Assembly (NCBI GenBank): GCA_964354805.1
Contig: CAYHBD010000030.1
Coordinates: forward strand, 1-64,000
Origin: an uncultured archaeon
Lineage (GTDB): Archaea; Iainarchaeota; Iainarchaeia; Iainarchaeales; GCA-2688035
Direction: 5' to 3'
DNA length: 64,000 bases
The translations under genes were made by a program, and so were the position numbers. Positions 56,211-64,000 of the stretch are shown here, piece after piece. The notes beneath the pieces were generated by a model. That model was given only the letters and a program-made list of their open reading frames with translations, had not been told where the DNA came from and made no database searches. Positions within the stretch are counted from its first letter, which is position 1; each line of letters begins with the position of its first letter.

Positions 56211-56990
56211 TTACAGCAGTTTCCTTATCTCTTTCCCTTTGCGCATTGCAACGTCAAGGCAGTTTTCTATCTCGGCTGATGTGAATGCTCCGCCCAAGCC
56301 TTTTTGGAAAGCGCAGAACAAATTGTCCTCTGTTGTTGCGCAGCTGAACCTTGCCTCCATTGCCTTTTCCTCTACAAGAGCCGGGTCCAAAACAACTTTG
56401 CCCCCGATTTTTGCAAAGGTTGAAAGCAGCGGTTTTCTGCTCAGGTGCAGCTTGCCCGCAAATTCCCCTTTAACTATCTTGTCTTCCTCCAGCTTTGGGT
56501 ACTTTGTTTCAAGCAGTGCGGACATTGCCGCAATGCTGCTTGCGTCAAACAGGTTTCCGTCGTCGTTCATCATGTACAGGTCAATGTACACCATCCAGAC
56601 TTTTTCCTTTTCAACAATGCACAGCTTCTTGAAATCAATTGTTTTGCTTTCCCTAATGCCCCTGTCAACAACCCTTGCCAGCTCTGTCGCCTCCTCTCTT
56701 GGAGGCCCTGACTCAAAGCTAGGCGAAGCCAGCGGCAGGAATTCTGCTCCAACGCTTATACTGCCTTCGTCAGGCATATCTGGGAATGGCGTAGCAGGCT
56801 CCATTTTAATGCCTGCGATCACGTCCGTTTCTCCGAGCAAAACCCTTGCTGAACCGTTTGCGTTCTCGCTTATGTTGTGCTGGATTTTCACTTCCCTGTA
56901 TTCGTCAACTTTTCTGGCATCCAGCCTTTTCCCTTCTTTTATTGCCTCTATTACTTTGTCGCTCTTCAGAGCCCAAATCGCTTCTTCCAT
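56211..56990 (-). CDS. rrp42: Exosome subunit Rrp42
   Basis: RLDAR, ANGSA, PFPDMPDEG, ELARVVDRGIRES, DGNLFDA. Confidence 0.95.
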   Translation of the reverse strand: MEEAIWALKSDKVIEAIKEGKRLDARKVDEYREVKIQHNISENANGSARVLLGETDVIAGIKMEPATPFPDMPDEGSISVGAEFLPLASPSFESGPPREEATELARVVDRGIRESKTIDFKKLCIVEKEKVWMVYIDLYMMNDDGNLFDASSIAAMSALLETKYPKLEEDKIVKGEFAGKLHLSRKPLLSTFAKIGGKVVLDPALVEEKAMEARFSCATTEDNLFCAFQKGLGGAFTSAEIENCLDVAMRKGKEIRKLL

Positions 56991-57748
56991 TACGCATCAC
57001 CTTTTTCGCTGCTTTCCTGTTTCTCCGCAGCAAGGAACCTTTTCCGCAGCGCTTCCCGCTGAATTTCGTAAATCTGCTTGCACCCCTTCATTGCCAGCTG
57101 CATTGACTTGTGCCATTCCTCTTTTGAAAGCAACCCGTCCATTTGCATTAAAACAATCTCCTCTGTTCTCGGCATTATTGCAACAGGCATATCTACTGCA
57201 TCCGGCGCGTCCTCTTCATCCTTATCCAAGTCAAGTATTACTTCACCGCCTGCTTTGCCTACTCCCACAGCTGTAACCAGGTCTCGCATTGGAACACCCG
57301 CATCAGCCAATGCAACTGAAGCTGCTGTCAATGCGGCAACTCTTGTGCCTGCATTGCTGTCCAAGACCTCAACGAAGACATCTATTGTCGTGTTTGGAAA
57401 GCGCTCCAAAAAAATCGCTTTTTGCAGGGCTTCGCCTGAAACCTTGCTTATCTCAATTTCCCTTCGCCCTGGCTTTGGCATCTTTCTGTCCGGAACACTG
57501 AAACTCGCCATCCTGTACTGGTAGTCCACCAATGCCTTGTAAGGGTTTTGAATGTGCTTTGGCAGCGCTTCTCTTGGGCCGTAAACCCCTGCAACTATTT
57601 TGTTCTGTCCCCATTCAATGTAAGCCGAGCCGTCTGCCCTGCTCAAAACCCCGGTCTCAATCTTTATCGGTCTCAATTCATCCAATTTTCTTCCGTCCAA
57701 CCTTTTTCCGTTTTTGACGTATTCGATTTTTTCTTCTTTTTTCTTCAT
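56990..57748 (-). CDS. rrp41: Exosome subunit Rrp41
   Basis: RLDGRKLDELRPI, ADGSAY, GPRE, RREIEIS. Confidence 0.95.
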   Translation of the reverse strand: MKKKEEKIEYVKNGKRLDGRKLDELRPIKIETGVLSRADGSAYIEWGQNKIVAGVYGPREALPKHIQNPYKALVDYQYRMASFSVPDRKMPKPGRREIEISKVSGEALQKAIFLERFPNTTIDVFVEVLDSNAGTRVAALTAASVALADAGVPMRDLVTAVGVGKAGGEVILDLDKDEEDAPDAVDMPVAIMPRTEEIVLMQMDGLLSKEEWHKSMQLAMKGCKQIYEIQREALRKRFLAAEKQESSEKGDA

Positions 57749-57979
57749 TCTCAATCAACACCTTCTCTTTTTTTAAAAATCAACTGCTTTTTTTTCAATT
57801 CTCACTTATTTTTTCCATCTCTTCTCTTTTTCCTCAATTCAATCCAGCTAATTGCCCACTTCAATTTATTTTATTATTTTTTATTCCTCTTTTTTTCTTA
57901 ATTCAATTCCAACCAATTGCTTTTTTCATTTGATTTGCTTTTTTCTTTTCCCTCAAATCAATTCCATTTTTATTGACAT

Positions 57980-58663
57980 TTATTGCTTCTGTTCGCTTTG
58001 GGGCTTTTGTTCGATTTTGGCTCCTTTTTTCTCTTTCAGGAAAGCAGCAACCTTGTTGGTGAGATTGCTTAGGTGGGATTCCCTTTCAATCAGTTCAACT
58101 GCTTCAATGAACAATGGCACATTGCCACCCTTTACCCAAACCCAACCGTTTCTCCCTACAATTGGGTTGCTTTCACTTCCATCCTTGAGCACGTTCAGCA
58201 TTGAACCGTTCTTTCCAATAATGCGAGGCACTTTCGCAGGGCTGACTTCAATGACCTCGCCACCGTAGAAAACCCTTATGTCCTCCAATCCGGCCTCGTT
58301 TATTTCATTCACATCCCTGATGATTGCGCTGATTACGCCGCCCCTCTTTAATTCATACCTTACATCGTCCTTTGAAACAAAGCTGCGGTAAATGCTGTTT
58401 ATGTCAACAATGTAGCTGTTGAATGTTTCCCCTGAAATTATTCCGACAATCAAATCATCCCTCACAGGGAGATACCTTCCGTGCAATGGCACAACATAAG
58501 CAGCGCCTGAATCAGGGTAGGTTATTCCCAAAGCGTCGGAATAAACCTTTCCGTTCTCAACAAAAACATGCTGCCCAATGCTTTTCCTTTCCTCAGTAAC
58601 CAAATCGCCGGGAATAACTATTTTCTTCTGCTTCTTTTCAACTTCAACTGCTTCCTCTTCCAT
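57980..58663 (-). CDS. rrp4: Exosome subunit Rrp4
   Basis: VIPGD, S1 domain, KVPRIIGKNGSM, VGRNGWVWV. Confidence 0.94.
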   Translation of the reverse strand: MEEEAVEVEKKQKKIVIPGDLVTEERKSIGQHVFVENGKVYSDALGITYPDSGAAYVVPLHGRYLPVRDDLIVGIISGETFNSYIVDINSIYRSFVSKDDVRYELKRGGVISAIIRDVNEINEAGLEDIRVFYGGEVIEVSPAKVPRIIGKNGSMLNVLKDGSESNPIVGRNGWVWVKGGNVPLFIEAVELIERESHLSNLTNKVAAFLKEKKGAKIEQKPQSEQKQ

Positions 58664-58732
58664 TCTTTACCACACGTCCTTCAGTTTTTCCGTTTTTTTT
58701 TATTTCTCCTTCCTACTATCTTTGCCCCTGCT

Positions 58733-59437
58733 TTACCTTTCGCCTTCCTGCACGATTTTTGTTTCGCATGCCCCGTGGCATACTGCGTTCAATTCATTCA
58801 GAAAATCCTGTTTCATTCCGCCTGGCAATTCAACAACCGCAACCAGGCTGCCGTCGTTCTGCCATTGCTCTTTTACCACCTTGAACCTGTGCACTGTTGC
58901 AGCGCCCCTGCCGCTGTGTTCTGCGCCGATTTTCACTGCAATCTGCAAATGCTGCATTGAAATCGGCAGAATCCTCTTGAGCTCCTTTAAAATCTCCGGC
59001 AGCTGCTCTTCAACCGATTTGTTTTCATCAACCCTGATTTTCGCTTCAATCAATGCATTTTCAATCCTTTTGGGCGGATGCGGTGCTGCTGTCTGGGGAT
59101 TGATCGCGTTCCTTGCAATGAATTCAACCACTTCCCTTTCCCTTGCTTCCTTCATTGCTTTCCTTTGCTCTGTTGTTAAATGCAGTATGCCCTGCAAAAT
59201 TATTTTTTTTGCGATTACCGCAACATCTGTTGAACCAAAGACCTTGTTCAATGCAGCTGGGCTTTGCGCTTCGCCCTTGCTCGCGTCCTTGAATACTGTG
59301 TCCACTGCAAGCAAATCGCTTAAGCCCACTTGTTTCCCTTTTTTTAACTGCATTGCAAGGTCTGGGTCAACCAATATTTCAAATTTTTCTCCGAATGATT
59401 CCAGCCTTGCAGTAACAGCATTCTCCAAGTTAACCAT
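58733..59437 (-). CDS. Ribosome maturation factor SBDS/Sdo1
   Basis: FEILVDP, FKDASKG, LTTEQR, PHPPKRIE. Confidence 0.94.
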   Translation of the reverse strand: MVNLENAVTARLESFGEKFEILVDPDLAMQLKKGKQVGLSDLLAVDTVFKDASKGEAQSPAALNKVFGSTDVAVIAKKIILQGILHLTTEQRKAMKEAREREVVEFIARNAINPQTAAPHPPKRIENALIEAKIRVDENKSVEEQLPEILKELKRILPISMQHLQIAVKIGAEHSGRGAATVHRFKVVKEQWQNDGSLVAVVELPGGMKQDFLNELNAVCHGACETKIVQEGER

Positions 59438-59507
59438 GCTACCTCAAAAACTCCTTTTGATAAAAAAAATGTTTTTACGTTTTTTTTCTTTGAAAAAATC
59501 AATGCTT

Positions 59508-59615
59508 GCAAAGCAATTGCCCTTTCCCCCATAATGCCAAGCTAAAGAATTATTTGTTTTTGTTCCATTGCTTGGCATTATGCCAAGGCTTTTTTCCCGC
59601 AGGAAAAAAGGCTTA
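59508..59615 (+). repeat. Intergenic palindromic repeat family copy with an extra internal hairpin
   Basis: GCAAAGCAATT..TTTCCCC-[CATAATGCCAAGC...GCTTGGCATTATG]-CCAAGGCTTTTTTCC-CGCA-GGAAAAAAGGCTTA. Confidence 0.82.
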
Positions 59616-59654
59616 TCCAAAGAAAATTGCATTAAATCCATTCAAAAAATTTCT

Positions 59655-60380
59655 TTACTTTTTCCCTAAAATAGACTTGAGCTTTTGCTTTGGCACTTTT
59701 TCAAACTTTTTCCCTTCCTCAATCAAAGCAAAATCAATTCTATTAACATCAAGTTTCTCCTTTTCATCCAGGCCTTTCTGCAGAGCCCTCGAAATCAACT
59801 CAATCCCTTCCTCCAAAGGCATGTTCTCCTTATAGTCTTTCTCAAAGAATTTCATTGCTTCCTTCTTCTCTCTTCCGATCGCGATCGCGGTGTATTCAGC
59901 CAATGCACCGCTTGGCTCTGTCTCAAACAGCCTCTTTCCAGAATCATCAACTCCGCCAATGATAAAAGAAACGCCGAACGGTCTCATGCCAGCGTACTGC
60001 GTAAACAGCTGCTTAACAGCGCACAGTCTTTTCACCAATGTCTCCACTTCAATCTTCTCCTCGTAATACATTTTGTTCTCCTGCGCTTCTTTCCTCGCAA
60101 TCTGCACCAGTCTCCTGGCATCCCCAACCAAGCCGCTGCTTATTGCGCCAATGTGGTCATCAACCTTGAATACTTTTTCAATGCTGTCAGCCAAAATCAG
60201 CCTTGAAACAATCTTCTTGTCAGCGCCAAACAAAATGCCCTTATCATAAACAATTGCCGCGCCCATTGTTCCCTGCTCAACAATCTTGCTCGCGTACTCA
60301 ACCTGGTAAAGCCTTCCATCAGGGCTGAACATGGTTGAAACCCTGTCGTAAGCGCTGCTCCTCCTGTTCATTGGATACAT
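59655..60380 (-). CDS. psmA: Proteasome alpha subunit
   Basis: YDRVSTMFSPDGRLYQVEYA, RPFGVS. Confidence 0.96.
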   Translation of the reverse strand: MYPMNRRSSAYDRVSTMFSPDGRLYQVEYASKIVEQGTMGAAIVYDKGILFGADKKIVSRLILADSIEKVFKVDDHIGAISSGLVGDARRLVQIARKEAQENKMYYEEKIEVETLVKRLCAVKQLFTQYAGMRPFGVSFIIGGVDDSGKRLFETEPSGALAEYTAIAIGREKKEAMKFFEKDYKENMPLEEGIELISRALQKGLDEKEKLDVNRIDFALIEEGKKFEKVPKQKLKSILGKK

Positions 60381-60444
60381 TCAAAACCAGCCCCTCAAAC
60401 AAAATTCTCTCTTTCCCCTACTTTTATATTTTGAAGAACGTAAG

Positions 60445-60774
60445 CTATAAAAAGCTTCTTAAACCCCTCAAAGTCCCGCTTGTTTTCACTGTTTTCGGCT
60501 CGAATTGCTTTGCCATGGCTTCAATTCCCTTCCTGGCTTCCCGCTCTGCACCAAGAATGCACCTTATAATCCCTTTTCCTGTTTCAGGCTCAAATCCAAT
60601 AAACCACAAGCCAAGCCTTTTCCTTTGCTCCAAAGAGAACTGCCCCATGACCAAATCAAAAGCCTGCCTCGCGCTGCTGCAGCTGCCAGGCTTTAGCCGG
60701 AAAAGAATGTATCTGCGCTTTGGCCTCTTGCTTTTTTTGGGAAGCTTTCGCACAGGCTGCTTTTTTTCGGTCAT
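60445..60774 (-). CDS. RNase P protein Pop5/Rpp14-like
   Basis: RPKRRYILF, GIIRC, TSGTLR; upstream of psmA. Confidence 0.8.
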   Translation of the reverse strand: MTEKKQPVRKLPKKSKRPKRRYILFRLKPGSCSSARQAFDLVMGQFSLEQRKRLGLWFIGFEPETGKGIIRCILGAEREARKGIEAMAKQFEPKTVKTSGTLRGLRSFL

Positions 60775-61316
60775 TTCAATTCACTCAAAGAACTGTCTGT
60801 GCAGAGCTTGTTAAATATTTCTTTTTCAAGCTCTTGGGCAAGAGTTCCGCATGAAGCAATCTTCTCGCGCTTTTCCTTTGTTTTTCCATAGCTTGCAACC
60901 AGATATTTGAGCCTGTCTTCCAGTGAAACAATCTGGTTGTGATTAACCCGCTTGTCCGCATAGTAAACAATTTTTTCCTCCCAATTGGCGAAAGGTTTTT
61001 TCCTAAGGATGTAATATAAGTGGTGCTTTTCAGTAATTGCCCCGATTTTTGGAAAGCCCTCTTTTTCAAGAATCGCCCTGCTCATTTTGCCGTGCAGGTG
61101 CCTAAATCCCTGTTCTAGGGTTTTGGTTTTGTCAAGGTCATGCAGCAGCGCAGCCCTGTCAACAAGCTCCACATCAACTTTTTCTCCAGCCTGCTTCATT
61201 TTGCGTGCAAGAAATACTGCAACCCTTTCAACCTGCAAGCTGTGCCTTACAATATTTTCCGGCACTTTGTGTTTGTGCAGCAATTGCAGGCATTGCTCCC
61301 TTGAAGGAAGAGTCAT
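60771..61316 (-). CDS. HD-domain hydrolase
   Basis: HS..V, ALLHDLDK, HH, YADKR. Confidence 0.9.
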   Translation of the reverse strand: MTLPSREQCLQLLHKHKVPENIVRHSLQVERVAVFLARKMKQAGEKVDVELVDRAALLHDLDKTKTLEQGFRHLHGKMSRAILEKEGFPKIGAITEKHHLYYILRKKPFANWEEKIVYYADKRVNHNQIVSLEDRLKYLVASYGKTKEKREKIASCGTLAQELEKEIFNKLCTDSSLSELK

Positions 61317-62321
61317 TCAAACATCCGCCAATTTGTATTCCCTTTTCCCGTAGCCATGCTGTTCAAGCCATTCAATCTGCTGCGTAGGGCTCCTGAAACC
61401 ACACCAATCAAAAAAGTCTTTTCCAAATTTTTTATTGACCAAGTCAATTGATGCTGCGTCAATTGCAAGAATGTTGTCGCTCACAAGAATGCCGATGTCA
61501 GGCATTTCCGCAAGCGTTGCATCGCCGTGGCAGTCGCACATTGCTCCAATGCTCATTAAAGCGTTCACATAAAGCAAATCTTTTTTCTCAAAGCACTCGA
61601 GAACAGGAAGCGTACAGCTTGCCAATGCAATGTCAGGCATTAATTCTTTTGGGCTCATTGCTCCCTGCTTGCATGCTTTGAAGCACTTTGCACAGCCCCA
61701 GCATTTTTCATAATTAATCACTGCTTTTTTGTTTTTTAGCGCAATTGCGTTCACTGGGCAGACTTTGATGCACGTGCCGCATCCAATGCATTTTTTTAAG
61801 TCAACAACCATGTTTGCCTTGTCATGGCATGCTTTTTTTGTTTTGGTGTCAACGCAGCCCATTCCAAGGTTCTTTATTGCCCCGCCCAAGGCTGTGAATG
61901 CATGCCCTTTGCAGTGGGTTAAAACAACCATTGCATCCGCTTCCGCAATCTCTTTGCTTACGCCCACAGGAAAGAGCTTTCCCTGCTTTTGCACTGAATT
62001 GTTTGAGATAACAATTGGGCAGCCCATTGTTTCAGCAGTAAAGCCATTTCTCCTCGCGGTATCGTAATAATCCTCAACAGTGTGGCGTTTCACTTTGTAT
62101 TTTGTTGTTGAATCGTAAAGGAACGGCTTTGCGCCTGCTTCTTTCAAAACGTCAACAATTTTTCCTGCAATCGGGGGTCTGATGTAATTCAGGTTTCCAC
62201 GTTCGCCCATGTGCAGCTTTACTGCAACGCTTTTTCCCCTCCAGTTGCCTAAGGGAAATTTGCGCAGTGCTGTTGCCATTTTTTCCAGGAAATGGTCTTT
62301 TACGAAATACACATTGCTCAT
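61317..62321 (-). CDS. DUF362 Fe-S protein with inserted ferredoxin domain
   Basis: VKLHMGE, HCKGH...GGAIKNLGMG, two CxxCxxC motifs, CDC. Confidence 0.88.
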   Translation of the reverse strand: MSNVYFVKDHFLEKMATALRKFPLGNWRGKSVAVKLHMGERGNLNYIRPPIAGKIVDVLKEAGAKPFLYDSTTKYKVKRHTVEDYYDTARRNGFTAETMGCPIVISNNSVQKQGKLFPVGVSKEIAEADAMVVLTHCKGHAFTALGGAIKNLGMGCVDTKTKKACHDKANMVVDLKKCIGCGTCIKVCPVNAIALKNKKAVINYEKCWGCAKCFKACKQGAMSPKELMPDIALASCTLPVLECFEKKDLLYVNALMSIGAMCDCHGDATLAEMPDIGILVSDNILAIDAASIDLVNKKFGKDFFDWCGFRSPTQQIEWLEQHGYGKREYKLADV

Positions 62322-62422
62322 TCTTGCTCAAGAAAAAAATAGTTAAAAAGGATTAAAAAACAACCTAAAAAATTCAGAAAAAAAATAATTTGCCTTGTCT
62401 GCATATTGTTGGAATACTGCGT

Positions 62423-62995
62423 TTACCTTACTTTCTCCGCGCCCTTTCCTTTCCTTCTCAATCCCCTCGATTTTTTGCCCCTTGAGGTAAGGCCCCTTAA
62501 TGCCCTTCCCTTGTGCTTTCTGCTGCAAATCCAGTTTATTTCCCTGTCTGATTTTATTTCAGGCGCGTTGACGTCAACCAGAATTATTTCGTAGTAGTGG
62601 TTTACGCCATCGTCGCCGATGTAATAAGAATTCAGAACCTCGCAGTTTGGATACCTTCTTGTGCACCTCTGCTCTGCGATTGCCTGAATGTTGATGTTCC
62701 TTGTAAGCTTGCTTACCCCCATTCGCTTGGGCCTTCTTCCGCTTGTCGGCCGAGTATGCATGCCGCTGCCTTTTCTTATTCTTACTCTTGTGACAACAAA
62801 ACCCTTTTTTGCCTTGTAGCCAAGGGTATGGGCCCTTGCAATGTTCGTCGGCTTTTCCAATCGAACAATGGCTTTTTTCTCTTTCCTGAATCCAATCAGC
62901 CTTTCCCTCTGGATTTTTTTGTAGTCGTATGACTCGTCTTTTTTGCCAGCGAACTCGCGCTGGAATGTCTGCTGAATGAATTTTGCTGCGCCCAT
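62423..62995 (-). CDS. rpl15e: Ribosomal protein L15e
   Basis: LGYKAKKG, RRPKRMG, EVLNSY, RGLTSRG. Confidence 0.96.
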   Translation of the reverse strand: MGAAKFIQQTFQREFAGKKDESYDYKKIQRERLIGFRKEKKAIVRLEKPTNIARAHTLGYKAKKGFVVTRVRIRKGSGMHTRPTSGRRPKRMGVSKLTRNINIQAIAEQRCTRRYPNCEVLNSYYIGDDGVNHYYEIILVDVNAPEIKSDREINWICSRKHKGRALRGLTSRGKKSRGLRRKGKGAEKVR

Positions 62996-63107
62996 TTCAA
63001 TCACTTAAAAAATCATTGAAAAAAGAAGCATTTAATGGCTTGATTTTTAATAAAAATTAATTAATTGCAAGCCTTTTTAAAGGTTAGTAATACAAATCAA
63101 TTTGATT

Positions 63108-63524
63108 ATGAAAACAGGATTCAAAAGCAAGGCAGCAAACGAGCACATTAGGGTTGAGGAAAACCAGTGGGCGGAAATTCTTGCAAAAGGGAACGCTTTT
63201 GCAGGCATGCTTTTGCTGCAGGACCAGAAGCTGTGCGCTGTATGCCATGAAATTGAGAGGGCGCTTAATGCAGGCAAAGTCAGCGCTGAACAAGTAGAAT
63301 TTTTTGCTGCAGGGCTTGGAGGCAGAATTGATGCTGTATTGAAAATGCTGGATGAGGCTGAAGAGGGTTTTAAGGCAAAAGCCGAATTCGTTAAATTGAA
63401 GGAAAAGCTTGAAAAACCGGAAAACGGCAAGGCAGGGCTTGATTCCTTGAAAAAACTGGCCGGGCAAATTCATTTGGCGAGCCATTTGCTCTGCGATGAA
63501 CTGCATGAAAAAATAGTGAAATAA
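63108..63524 (+). CDS. Hypothetical helical protein
   Basis: Open 138-aa frame with host-like codon style. Confidence 0.6.
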   Translation: MKTGFKSKAANEHIRVEENQWAEILAKGNAFAGMLLLQDQKLCAVCHEIERALNAGKVSAEQVEFFAAGLGGRIDAVLKMLDEAEEGFKAKAEFVKLKEKLEKPENGKAGLDSLKKLAGQIHLASHLLCDELHEKIVK

Positions 63525-63596
63525 AGGCAGCAGGATTCTAATCTAATCAATTGCCTTGTTTGTTTTTTTCACTGCACTCTGAGTTAATTAATTCCA

Positions 63597-63731
63597 TTAT
63601 TTCCTTTTTTTGCTTTTTCTAGATCGCTTTATACGAGTTATAGTTCTCTTAGACCGCGGGAATCCGCCTGCTACTATAAGTCCACCACAAGGTGGTCGCG
63701 AGCCCCTGCCATGGCATACGCCTCTGGCCAT
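63597..63731 (-). CDS. 44-aa basic peptide
   Basis: MARGVCHGRGSRPPCGGLIVAGGFPRSKRTITRIKRSRKSKKRK; SD AGGTGA and TATA TTTATATA upstream. Confidence 0.55.
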   Translation of the reverse strand: MARGVCHGRGSRPPCGGLIVAGGFPRSKRTITRIKRSRKSKKRK

Positions 63732-63833
63732 AAAATCACCTACAAAATATCAGCAGAAGTGATATATAAATAGCAATGATTGATTTGCGTTAAAAATATG
63801 TTTTAAATCAAATTGCTGGAAAAGAATCTTGCC

Positions 63834-64000
63834 ATGCAGCAGAAATGCGTTGAATGCGGAAAAAAGGCAGTCATCTCTTTGCCCTATGGTCCGCATCGTT
63901 TCTGCAAACAGCATTTTCTGCACTTTTTTGAGAAGAGGGTTAGGCGCACAATCAGGGAGAACAGGCTGGTGCAGGGCAGAGAGAAGCTGGTTGTTGCATG
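63834..64000 (+). CDS. TtuA/Ncs6-family tRNA 2-thiolation protein, N-terminal part, truncated
   Basis: CVECG...FCKQHF..FFEKRVRRTI...KLVVAC, just before the expected PP-loop. Confidence 0.82.
   Translation, partial: MQQKCVECGKKAVISLPYGPHRFCKQHFLHFFEKRVRRTIRENRLVQGREKLVVA

Noticed and set aside
63620-63735. GC-richer segment as an RNA gene
   Set aside because: No tRNA, SRP or RNase P motifs were recognised; it is better explained by the SD-supported 44-aa ORF

Overview
An archaeal chromosomal window. Gene content (Nop5/fibrillarin, exosome-proteasome superoperon, class III signal-peptide pilins, BHB tRNA introns) and compact organisation suggest a DPANN lineage, possibly Iainarchaeota/Diapherotrites; this is an inference. 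Housekeeping content: gatCA, aspS, a DAP lysine cluster (dapABF, aminotransferase, lysA), glyS, nop5/fibrillarin, NMD3, an anaerobic RNR/redox cluster, a MacB-type ABC operon with PadR, a KaiC/V4R module and the rpl15e-psmA-exosome-pfdB superoperon. There are two intron-containing tRNAs: Thr-CGT with one intron and Arg-CCT with two. The notable signals are: (1) a family of modular palindromic repeats with a conserved G.G-mismatched stem, inserted in frame at prepilin cleavage sites, in Pcc1, NMD3 and Dus, and resembling both canonical tRNA introns; (2) a three-gene cassette of a minimal caspase/CHAT-fold protease plus two small, possibly paralogous proteins; (3) a 154-nt fold-back that sequesters the SD of a 32-aa ORF upstream of a free-standing LAGLIDADG-HTH gene; (4) a split class III RNR whose glycyl-radical domain is a separate 49-aa gene. 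Several ORFs absent from the supplied track (short or edge-truncated) were read by hand. All family assignments are from motif recognition; no database searches were run.
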